Source: Ascidiella aspersa
Lineage: Eukaryota
Direction: 5' to 3'
Assembly (NCBI GenBank): GCA_963924565.1
Contig: OZ004608.1
Coordinates: 4,836,001 to 4,900,000, forward strand
DNA: 64,000 nucleotides
In this document: positions 27,684 through 39,451 of the stretch, one piece after another
Layout of the letters: the number at the start of each line of letters is the position of its first letter
How positions within the stretch are numbered: position 1 is the first letter of the stretch
The notes under the pieces: model-generated
Database searches by the model: none
Told to the model about the DNA's origin: nothing
Seen by the model: only the letters and a program-made list of their open reading frames with translations
Position numbers and translations under genes: made by a program

Positions 27684-28013
27684 GTATCAAAAGACCGACT
27701 TGTTTAAAACCTGCTTGAAAGTCAATCAGTTACTCCTTCTGCATAGCATTTTTCGAGCTAATTTAAAGTAAAATTGTTAACCATACTGTTACATAAGTGA
27801 TTTAGTGTTGTTCAATAGAGTAGTTAAAATATTGACTGTTTATTTGATGGAAGCATGAATGTTTCATGCTGTCATTCGGACGAAAATTTATACGCGAAGG
27901 CCTGACGTGTTTTTTGTCTTGTTTTTGGTTTTTAGGCGGTAAGTCGTTAGTAACGAATCCACACTTTTATATGTTTTTCGCAGTTTTAGGCCGAAAAAAA
28001 AACCGCTGGAACA

Positions 28014-31000
28014 ATGGCCGTGGCCAAACCGAATGCGTCGTTTACCTTCACTATTAAAGTGACAGGGGACGAGCCGTCGGATAGTGACACAAACGAGCAA
28101 GAGTTTAAGTTCGATTTAACACCACCCCCAAAACCGAAAAAGCGTAGGGGCAGGCCCCCCTTGAAGAAGGTCAGCGGGCAAGATTCGTCCTTTACGTTTC
28201 CCATCGAAGGTGGTAAGCCTGGCAGACCCAAACGGAGGAACAGGCGACTGCCGTTGAAGCTTCGACAGCAAATCATAAAGAAAGAGATTATTGTTCCACC
28301 GGAACCGGCTGGTGCACAGGTAACAACTTTCATGACTGATTGTTTCGCTGCCTCTGTAGTAAATGATTCTAAAAATGCCCTGGCATTACTGGCTTCATAA
28401 TTTGTTGCTGCCAAAGATTCTGGCAAAATATTTTTCACAGAAACTCTACGAAAATTCTGCAATTATTTAACAGGGTGATATATTTTTTGTAACACGGTGA
28501 TGTATTTTTTGCCTGTCACGGGCTTGGATCTTGACTACTTTTATTGTCAAAGGTTTTTGCAGTAAGGCACTGAAATGCAATCTGGCCTTGTATAAGTAGA
28601 AAAATTGGCGCTCTTTCACTAATGTACGTAAAAATTAATAAAAAAAAAACTTTCTTTAAATGCCGCATACCACAACGCATATTGTTTGGGTTAGGGTGCG
28701 GGTTAGCGTTTGGTTGAGGGTGGGTCAAGTTATTATTAATACTAAACATAATATTACTTGACCCACCTTCACCCAAACGCTAACCCGCGCCCTAACCAAA
28801 ACAATATGCATTGTGGTAAGCGGTATTATTTTGTTTTGTTTTTTGCATAAATTTTCACGTACAATAGTGAAAGAGCGCCGGAAAGGCACTAAAATGCAAT
28901 CGGGCCTTAGGAACATTTATAACGTTTCTTCACTCTTCTTTGTTTACTTTTATAAACATTATAGTTAGTGGGAGTTTGGGTAAAATTTTGAATATTGTCA
29001 CCAGAATGTTATGCAGATATCTATTAATAGGTAGTTAATTATTAAGTGACCCTTTAAAATGTCAGATAACTCTATCACTTACTCACAGTTTCTGCCATAT
29101 GAGAAAAGTAGTTTTATGTACAAATGTTTTGCATTCGTTTTCAGTGGTTCACATCCGCAGAAGATGCCTACAATGCTATACAAGCATTCCAGGTGTCAAC
29201 TTACACCAAATTCATCAAACATTTTACAGACAGACCAAGTAAGTGCTGTGACTGAAGCAGTAGCAAGTAATTCCCCACTAAAATTAACCACTATGTAGCC
29301 TAATATGCCACATCATGGCTGTTCTTGGCATACAAAGACATTTGACCCGAATCCCAGAGTGAGAGGTCTCAGCATTTTTGCAATTGATTGTATTCTATGT
29401 TGTTTGACTTCTATTTGGCTTTATACTAGCGTCTTCAATGACCACAGTAATTATTGTGTGTACCAACTACCAAGATTTAATTGTAAATATACTCAATAAG
29501 CAATATAAACTGAGTGAAGTGTCTTTGTCTAAAGTTCAACAACTTATAAAGGAAAGTGTTTTAGCAGCCTGCTCTTTAAAAGTTTAAATAAATATTACCG
29601 AAAAACATGCCATCAACAAACTAGGCAGACATTACTCATTATTAAAGCGACTATCACTTAATCTCAATCATTTGAACAATCCAGTTCAATATCATTTGTC
29701 AGTATTACTATTAGTTTCAAATATGAAATAATATTTATATCAGGGTCCAGGGATGTTCGATTATAGCAGATTGGAACCGATACCCGATGCCAACTAGTAT
29801 CGGTACTTATCTGATACTAGGGGGGTGTAGGTGCCAATCTGATACCAAATCAAAATAGGCACATCGCGTGCAGTCGACGAAGCTCCGTATAAACACTTGG
29901 AAAATATGCGGGGATTTTCTTAAATTTCATTTTTTTTTAATTTGTAGAATGAATGTCAAAGTCTGGAAGTAGGTAGCATGGTTGGGTTTAGATAAAGAAT
30001 GAATATCAAAGCCCACACAGAAGTAGGTAGCATTTTAAACATTTATTTTCAAAGAATAAAGATTTATGCGAAACATTAACAAAAAGCTACCTATAGTTTC
30101 AGAATAGTTAATTCTAACTACAACCTCCGGCCAATTAGCCATGATTTGTTACCCAATGCAGCAATTCCTCTGGTATATTTATTAAAACTAGTAGGTTAAC
30201 AACTGGTGTTATTTTGTTTGTTTGAGCATATTTATGCGGCATTGGTATTGGATCCGATTGTAATACTTTATATGTCCAAGATTGGATTATAGCAGGGGGG
30301 TTCTAAACCTTTTTTCCTTTATTACCCATTTCTGTCCAGATCAAATTCCCATTACCCAAAATCTAATTTTATTTATTTTACTCTCTAACTGTACTAAAAA
30401 CATAAAACCCCGGTATTCAACAAAATATAGCTTGCTTGTCTTAACACTAACTCTAAATGTACACTTAGCTATACTACTCCAAATAACTCCACTAAGAATA
30501 CCTTCAAAAATATTCACTAAACCGCTGTAATCGAACTGAACTGATTATGAAAACAATAGCTAGGCTAGCAGATACAAGAAAAATCTTACTATTCATAACA
30601 TAAAAATAAAATATGTGAAACCGGCGACAAAAATGATCACTACGACGAAACAATTCTGAAACCTGTTTGGTTGTTTTGAAAGGGCTCGAAACATCAAAAA
30701 AGTGCAAGTAATAAAGCGACTTTATACCTCTTACAGACTTGTGACATTGTTGTTACATTCATATTTTTAAATATTCTGGTTTAGATAATTACCCACTGCT
30801 ATTCTGAAATTACCCACATATGGGTAAATACCCATAGGTTAAGAACCGCTGGATTAAAGTGTCAAGTTTTGGATATCATTAGTATATGCATATGTGTTTT
30901 TGCAAAGTATTTTCATGTTGAGTGTGATTTTCATTTGTCGCTTTTAGATCCTGCTAAAAGGAAGATACGTTGGCATGACCAAACCTGTACTCCTTACGTT

Positions 31001-34000
31001 ATTACCAAGAGTGAACGCCTAGCATGTCACCACGGAAAAGACCGCAACAAAGCCTACAACGATAAGCGACTACTAAAAAAGGTAGAATATAATTAACTCA
31101 TAAAACATGTAGACCTTAATTATTAGCAGTAAAATGTCTTTTTCAAACTAAAAACAAGTCACATTTTACACGAAATTTGTTATTAAATTTGACTAACTTT
31201 TGTAGGACCATACACACTTCTTGAAGCCAGTGTAAGGACACGTTTGTGCCAGAGCTTGTCTTGGAAACATACATAGTTAATTAAATGCACAGTGTTGTCA
31301 ATATTGTTTTAATTTAACATACTTTTACTTTCAGTATTTGGAGAATCCGAATATGAAGCGCAGATCATTTTCAAAAGGAACAATCAAAACTAACTGTGAG
31401 TCATCAATTGGTATCATGGAAGTCCTGAAGTTTCCAGAATTTGTGGTGAGAAGCCAGTTTGAGCATAATTTGTATTATACATACATATCTGTGGATATAT
31501 ATATGTGTGTGTGTGTTTATAAGTAACTGTTTGCATAAAAAACTGTTTTATATCATGGGAAGATTACCAAATTAAAACTTTTATTTTCTTGCATTAACCA
31601 TAGACCTTTATTTTACCAGGGCAGGCACATAACTATTTATTGGCAACTATTATTTAAAGAACATCAGGCATAAGATAAGGATTTCATAAATAAAATGTTC
31701 AAACAGGAAAATAAACCATTCCAAAAACTTTTTGATTTTGTTTTAGTTGCCTGTGATGACAGAATTCCGCAAAAAGTCGATGAGCAAAGACCTCCGGACT
31801 GCGATCAAGCGTGGCGATGAGATGACAACCGAATATGCTTGTCGTGTAATTTTTCCATCGGAGGACTCACACTCTGGCCACATTATTGGAGAAGTAAGAA
31901 TTACTTGTTTTTTACGCTACAAAGGCGTTCTGGTTTAAATCTTAGGTGTCTTTAAGTTGGCGGAAAACTTTTGTAGTGTGCAGCTCAGGGTTATTTTTCG
32001 ATAAATATTTACGTTAAATAATTATTGAAAAATACACTAGGATTCAATATTCTAGATTCTTAGATAAGAAACCTAATATTATAAAATCCCCTTGGATTCT
32101 ACTTTGAACATCCTTAATTGTTACTATTGCAAGCATTTTAGTAAAGCGCAAGGAAATTGCAAATATTTGCCTTGACTAATAGTATATCACAAAAATCAGC
32201 GAATCATGTTATAAATGTCGCCGACTCAAACATTCTGGAAGCCCCGCGATTTTAAAGTTTCAACAACCCTAACCTTAAAACCTTAACTTTATTTCTCCTA
32301 AAAAAAGTTTTATGATCTCAAACCCATCCATTTTTACAGCACTATATTTCCACGCAGGCTGCCGGACTGAACACCATTGACCATCGGCTAGTGGAGCGAA
32401 TCCACGAGCTAGTGTCCGATGGGATGTACAGCATCCCGGAGCTAAAGAGGAGCCTAGAGTCCTTCGTCAAGCACGAGCTCTTCAAGGAGCATCCTCAACC
32501 TAGTCCCAACAACCGGAGGTTCTTCCCGACCAAGCGCGACATCCGCAACCACAGCTACATGGCTTACGCCAAGCGCATCCTGTCCCAGATCGACCAGGAA
32601 TCGATGCACCTTGTTGTCGATGATTGGAAGAAGTTGTCGCAGCCTAACGACAACATCATCTTCCGTCCGCACGTCACTACCACCAATGATATCGGAGACC
32701 AGGTAGAAATCCATAAAAGTTTACGAAATTAGACGAACATCTTTTTTTAGATGTCATTTAAGCGTAAATCGACCAGTGCTTCCCAATCTCTTTTTTAGTC
32801 CGCGACCCACTTTTATTGCAAGTTATATTGTGCGACTCACAATAAGATAAGACCAAATTGGTTAGCAATAATTTGAAATGCAACTAATTGGAAAAAAGAT
32901 TAGCAGTTACATAAAACCTGTATCTTTACTACTGGCGGTTGGCCTACGTACTGAAATAGTTAATGCGACTAAAAACACATCTAATTGTTACGTTTTTGTT
33001 CATTGATGCCTAAATGTTACTTAATGCAAGTTAATGGTAATGCAATAATTTCCCGATCTAATAGAAAACTGTAACATCTAGAATGCTTCGCGACCCACTG
33101 GTTGGGAAGGCTGATTTGGATCTCTTTCCTAAAGATTTTTAGGCGTTATTCTGACGATTTTTGGTCTTATTACGACACTTTTTTATTTGTTGTGCACTAG
33201 CTTTTACCAGAGTGTAGAAAAATGATCGACTTGGCAATATTGCCACATTTACCGTTTAAATCACGACGTCGACGCTACAACGATTGGGGTATGGGATTTT
33301 TAATAATTTTATTTGTTTATTACGGCATAAAAAACACCAAATGTAACTGCATACAAACACAGGCACAGCGCAAGAAATTACGATAACATTAGGGCGTGAC
33401 GTATACTATTGATTACTTTTTGGCTTTGAGATTCACATATAGTGATAAAACAACACAGCAAAGAAAACACCTTGCATTAGGTTTGAATTCATCTCAAAGT
33501 TATGTTGACCTAAGTAAAAATCCCTTTTAATTTGAAAGGAAATCCCCTTTTTGGAAAAACTATATCATTTTATCGTAGTAAATATTGTTTAAGATATAGA
33601 CATATTTGGGAAAAGCAAAAAAAAAATATCCACTGCTATTACCAGTGAACTAATGTATAGGTCTTTCTCTAGGTGTAACAGTGAACTATAGGAATAATAG
33701 TTCGAAGAATTACCTTATTTAAAGTTATCAGACTTTCAAGGCAAAAATTGATTTAATGGCAAATTGAAGTTAAAAAAAAGTGAAGGTTGTAACTTTAAAA
33801 CTTTAAACCTGAAATAACGGGATAAACAAACTGTTCTCACAGGCTGTTACATTGTGGCATATTGTACAATCCAATACTAAAACAACTGTTGTTTTTGCCA
33901 ACGAGTCGTGGAACAAACGCTTTGCTATCATTCCGACTGGTTTTGTCTTTCCACGCGCTTCTAAAAGTTTATTGATTTTGCGACGCACCAAGCAATTGGA

Positions 34001-37000
34001 ATTTTATTTATTTAATTTTGTCAGAAAAAAGCACAAAATGTAAATCATACTCGAAAACGCAGCGCAAGAAATTAAGATAACCTTTAGGTGTGTGTTTTGT
34101 ACAGGTCGCCATTATCTTATAAAATACATTTCAATACACATTTGTATAATAATAAGCAGTTACAAATCACCTTAAACAGATGACGATACATGTTCGTATC
34201 GAAACGTCTTTATAAAGATGATACCGACGAGCATTTCGGATTCGACATTTATTATTAACCACAGGTTTTATTGTTTTTTGCCAACAGGTTGTGGAACAAA
34301 CGCTGCTCTTCGCTCACCAGTTTTCCTGGCAGCGTAAACTCCTCCAGCGCTACGGACAAACCGTTTCTCTTCTCGACGCCAGCGGAAAGTACTCTGGCTC
34401 TGAGTTCGTACTCCCATTATTCTTCCTCACCGTAAAATCCAACATTGGCTACCAGCTGGTGGGGAGCTTTATAACACAGAATAAAGAGGCTCCCGATATT
34501 GAAGAAGCCCTCAAGGTTTTCCAGCAGTGGTCCACCGAATGGAATCCAACCTTCCTTATGAGCGCAAGAAGTCAAGAGGAAATTCTCAAAATCGAAAGGC
34601 TTTTTCCTGGTAAGACATTTCTGGTGTTATGTTTATAGATCAGCGGTTCTAAATTTCGTTTGTATTGGTTTTTGAATCTACTGTTTATTCTGCACGTTAA
34701 TGGGGGTCACGCGGCTTAGATATTAGCATAAGGTTCGCCTTGAACTAAAATTACTTTTACCAATCAGAACTTCGCCCGGAAAATTCCGGCACGGCGTCTG
34801 CGAATTTCCGGGCATTTTGCAATAATTCAATGAATTAGATAACTTTTATTTATCTTGGCTGATGGCCGTATTTGTCTTAATCAAAAACTGAAAACAAGTG
34901 GCACTGTTGACGAATTGTATTTGATGTTGACCAGCTTTCACACAACCGTGCTTTATCAGGTCAGAATTAGAGAACGGTAAAAAAAAAAAAGTAAAGGCGC
35001 AAGCACATAGAATAAAGAGCGAAAAGCTAGACACAAGCACGCCCCACAAGCACACCTGGGCGAACTATCTAAAAACCACACTTTTAGCAAAAAATATTCC
35101 AAAAATATTAATATTCAGTCGTATTAACATCTAATTGTGGAGATTTTCATTTTTACGATCTAAACTACACGGCATACTAGGTTTCCAAGGCTATAAGGCC
35201 CTGGAAAAATTCGGCCATAAATGTTTTTAAGTTTAAATTTTTGTTATGCTGATAGTGATACCGATCCAGTACCAGTACAGTTTTTGCTGAAAAACAAATG
35301 ACTGAGTCGAGTAAATATGTGCCTTGTGTGTGAGTAGATAAATAAATCGTTTCACTTATGCCGTCGAATTAGGCCCTTCTCTAGTAAACAGCCTTAGGCC
35401 TACAGTACCCTTAATCCGGACCTGATCATGATAATGTTAATTTACAGACTGCCGAGCTCTCCTGTGCGAGTTTCAGGGCGTCGCCGACGCTCAAGGCAAC
35501 ATCGACATGAACGATATGAGCATCGTTAAGGTGGAAACCTTCAAGTTCTCAGCCGTGGAACCGTTTCCCCGTTACAAGGCCGACAAACCGGACAAGCGTA
35601 CTCTGAAGCGAATCGACGAAACTCTGAACAAAATCCGCGACGTTACGATGAAGATTAAAACCAACACGGAACTCCAAGAGGTGAAAGTGAAGAAAGACCG
35701 ATATATCGGTTTACCGATAATATCGGCCAAAATTTTGCTTCTACCGATATATCGGTATCGGTAAATTTGAGACGATACTTTTGCTGATTTTTTTTTATGA
35801 AAATAATTAAATATAGCTTTTACTGAAAAAGAAACAATTTTTTATTTTTGGCACAAAAAAATTTGTTCAACATCATGCAATTTTAAAATAAGGGTTAAAT
35901 AAATGTAGAAAAGCTAGATAAACTGAAATCTCTTTGGATTTTAATTTTTAATAATTGAATTTATTACAATATGCTAGGTGTATAAAAAATCGATATCGGT
36001 ATCGGGTATAGGTTGGCAAAAACATAAAAAAATCGGTTATCGGTATCAGTCTGAAAAAGTAATATCGATCTCTAGGTGGAAGTCCAGCTCAACCGACTCC
36101 TGGAGAAGCTACCGGAGGTTCCGGAGGACACAAAGAAGCCTGATCTCGGCAAGAGGAAAGCGGCGATAACAAACGGCGAAGAAATGGATCCGAAGCGTTT
36201 AAAGACCTCCGCTCCCGTGACCCTTGATTTCAGTAACTACTCCATGCCTGGAGGACACCAACAGGAGGTCCACATCCACTCGCATCCCTTTGAAGATGCA
36301 GGAGGACCCCACCAGGAAGTCCAGATCCCCGCGCATCAGTTCGGAGCGGGCGGGCAGGAGGAAAGTTTACAGATCCAAGACCCGATCGAAATCACTCCGC
36401 ACGTCTCAATCTTCGAGACTTACAACATCTCTTTGAACGAGACTCTGCTGAAAAACGGTCCGCACAATCTTTCCTTACTCCAGCTTAAATCCCTCGAACC
36501 AACGATGAGCGAAGACGAAACCGCGCTGCTCGTTTCGCATGACGCTTCCTTCAAAGTCGGCTGGCTCTACGACGAGATAATCAACAGCTACATGTGGTCT
36601 TTGAGCATTAACCACGAGCATATCATCTACGCTTCATCCACCGTAGCTCAAATCATGGAGCGACGCGGTTCTCTGAAACGCCTTTGGCAGAACGTGTCCT
36701 TAGAAAACAAACACTACATATTTATCCCTTGGAACCCTTCAGGAAGCCACTGGGTCCTATTGGTAGTGCATCTAAAGCGTAAGTGTCTCTTATACCTGGA
36801 TCCGCACCAGATGGTGGACCTCGACGCGAACTCAAACGTCCAAGCAGCCAAGCACTTTGTCGATTTCGCCGTCTTCGCAAAGTTCAAGTTCCGCTTGCGC
36901 TTTGTCGAGAGCCCGGTGCGCTCGCTGCAGCCGGACATGGAGAGCTGTGGCGTGTACATCTGCATGTACGCAAAGTGGCTGGCTTCTGGCGATTCGCTGG

Positions 37001-37251
37001 TCCAAGCGCCCGACAGCAACGGTGAAGAAAACGGCGCCTACAGGCAAAACATTTTGGACGAAATTGCCGGCGACTGTTTGAAGGAGATCCTGTCGAACCG
37101 CGAGGTTTGTAAAGTATGCGACGACAACGCCAAAGCAGACTGGATCCAATGTACCAGGTGCCAGCAGTGGCTGCATATTGAGTGCGTGGGTTTGACCACA
37201 GAACAGGCGCAAATGGTCAAGTATTTTGTCTGTCCACTGATCATCCATTGA
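28014..37251 (+). CDS. CaRF-like / Mutator-transposase-derived protein with AT-hooks, Ulp1 (C48) peptidase and PHD finger (~955 aa)
   Basis: Exons 28014-28319, 29145-29238, 30948-31081, 31335-31445, 31747-31893, 32358-32702, 34288-34609, 35448-35680, 36076-37251, phase-consistent. KRRGRPP AT-hook; CaRF-like IHELVSDG..LESFVKHELF..NRRFFPTKRDIRNH; MULE-like LLFAHQ.WQRKLLQRYG..SLLDA..LPLFFLTVKSN; Ulp1 WLYDEIIN/HWVLLVV/YLDP/QPDMESCG; PHD CKVC..WIQCTRCQQWLHIECVGL..FVC. Confidence 0.88.
28564..28908. repeat. Foldback element: ~130-bp inverted arms with CCCTAACC motifs, bounded by 26-bp direct repeats
   Basis: GGCGCTCTTTCAC...GGGTTAGGGTGCGGGTTAGCGTTTGG..GGGTCAAGT mirrored by ACTTGACCC..CCAAACGCTAACCCGCGCCCTAACC...GTGAAAGAGCGCC; AAGGCACTRAAATGCAATCKGGCCTT at both ends in the same orientation. 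Confidence 0.8.
30293..30851. mobile_element. hAT (Buster/Charlie-like) MITE
   Basis: CAGGGGGGTTCTAAACC/GGTTAAGAACCGCTG; TSD GATTATAG/GATTAAAG; internal ATTACCCA repeats. Confidence 0.8.
35688..36074. mobile_element. MITE (CCGATA/TATCGG-repeat family) occupying essentially the whole last intron of the MULE-derived gene
   Basis: Degenerate inverted ends TGAAGAAAGACCGATAT / ATATCGATCTCTA, subterminal CCGATA/TATCGG arrays at both ends, flanked by 8-bp direct repeats GGTGAAAG (35680-35687) and GGTGGAAG (36075-36082). Confidence 0.8.
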
Positions 37252-38434
37252 TCTACGGGCGTCAGACTTGGCAAATCGAACCGTGGTTTCGCGTGGCTTG
37301 ACCACTGAATGGATGGGGTGTGGTCAAGAGTTGTTAGTCCGGTCCTACTAAAACAAAGCGGTATGTTCAAAAATTGTTAGCACGGCTTCGGCCGGTCGTG
37401 AGTTCGAACCTCACTTCAGAAAGAACCGTGGTTCGGCCATTAGGCCAAGGGATGTTGAAGCAGATTGTTCATGGAAATATTTACTTACGAGCGCTGTTTG
37501 CGAGGGTATGGCATTGAACGACAAGGCGGAATGAATCGTGCCTTTTTGATTTTTACATACCTCTCGCACAACTAATAAGCTAGTGCTTCTTTGCCTTGCT
37601 TAGAACCTCGTGTTCACATTGCTGGATGACAGGCCTGTTTGTATGGTCCGGAATTTTGTTTTAATGCGGGTCCACAAAGTAATACATATTGTGAATTTAA
37701 TGATCTTAGATATTGGTAGTAAGTTCCTTTAAAAGTATCTTAAGTACAGACATTCTTAGTCACATCCAAGTTAGTATGCAGCAGACTCATTTTTCTTGTA
37801 GTGACCCTTGTTATTTTAATTCGTGCAGGCCTGTCGTATGCATAGTTTCCATATTTGAACTCCTAACGCTTCACTTCACAATATTCAGGGATCTAGAATG
37901 GTTCATACTTAAATTTTTTCGCACGTCATACTTAATTAAAAAAAAAGAGGAAACAAACAGTGGTGCACAGGTTGCAAAACGTTGGTCACCTCTACTCTTA
38001 TTCTTATTTGTGCTTCTTTTCTTCTTGCTGAATGATTTTGCGCACGTAACTGTACAGTTATTATCCAGGTGTGGCAAATTTCATTCAAATAAGTGTGTGT
38101 TTTGAAACTGTTCAAGGTGTTTTCTGCGTCCTTATGTTATTACTATTCTGTGAACTTGTTGACTTGTCGCATATTTCATGTGATCTGCCCAGTTCGAAAT
38201 AAATTATTGCCAACGGAAAATCGGTTTGCATAAAAAAAAATATTTTTAATTGGTGAAAACAGTGGCGGAAAATTCGAGTATAGGAGACGTTGTAGATCAC
38301 TGCCTAATTTTTTTTATGGAATCCACCATCAGTTTGCTAAATAAAGGGTTACGCCAGTTAGTGTTTCTCCAAATTTTTTCGCGGCGATACAAATCTTTAG
38401 CTTAAAAAAAAACAATCTTGAGAATACCTTATTC

Positions 38435-38713
38435 CAGTGGTTCTTAAACTTTTTGAGACACGCCCCCCTTTTACAATTTTAACAAAACTCGCGCCCCACC
38501 GTGTTTAAAAACAACATTAAGCAGAACAGCAATTTATTCTCGGGTAAGTTGCATTAATGCGAATTGTTTTTGGATACCAAATGTTTAATTCGAGGATTAG
38601 TAGCAGGGAAATATCACTTCACCTTAATGTTTAGTCATAATTCATACAGAGTTTGTCAATTTCTCGCGCCCCCCTTGTGAACCTCACACGCCCCCCAGTT
38701 TTAAGAACCACTG
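38435..38713. mobile_element. hAT (Buster/Charlie-like) MITE
   Basis: TIR CAGTGGTTCTTAAA/TTTAAGAACCACTG; perfect TSD CCTTATTC. Confidence 0.92.
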
Positions 38714-39451
38714 CCTTATTCATTTCATTTAACTTTTTGTAAGGAAACATAACATTAAACGTTATCATAACCCGGTTGGAATTTAATTTAGATACGTCAT
38801 TTCTTCGTGTTGCTTGAGAAACTTTTCTTAATTTTTATCGTTCCATTTTTTCATTCTACGCTAAAAGCTTAATTAAGCCTAAAACGGACTCCCCGAAACT
38901 AACCCACAGACACTACCTTTGAGGGTAACTCCGGTCACTTGCTTTATTACTGTAATTAACTCTAGCAAACGTATTAGAACAGTTTTGTTGTTATTAGTGA
39001 TAAACGAAATGGTAAAAATAACGGCCCAAGTAGACGTAAAAAACGCATGAACATTTGCCGAAAACGTTTAAACAATAAAGCATGTCGCTTTTTACGTCTA
39101 TTTGGGCCGCTATTTTCACCATTAAACTTGTGAACAGATCCGTATATAGGCTAGTGTTCCATGGTGGTAAACCGTTCAGCAAATCCCGTCGCATGTGTGT
39201 ACACTCGTTTGAGAAAAAAGCAACAATTTATTCGTTCAACGACAAACGAAGAAATTCAAGAACCAAAGCAGAAACCATGAGTATCCAGCGGCTACGATTC
39301 CACTTGCATTTCAGCAACACAATATTGCACGAACAACAAAACAAAAAAGAAACCCAAGGAAAAGAAAAGAAAAAACAAGAATTGAATAGAAAATAAACGA
39401 AACTAAAGAAATCCATAACAGAAACTACAGGAAACTGAAAAACCAGGTCTT

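Noticed and set aside
28014-37251. Active autonomous Mutator element mobilising the local MITEs
   Set aside because: Catalytic residues are lost, no TIRs are evident, and local MITEs have hAT-type 8-bp TSDs.
36714-37370. Overlapping antisense and alternate-frame ORFs over the Ulp1-PHD exon
   Set aside because: Expected by-products of GC-rich codon usage; no recognisable motifs.
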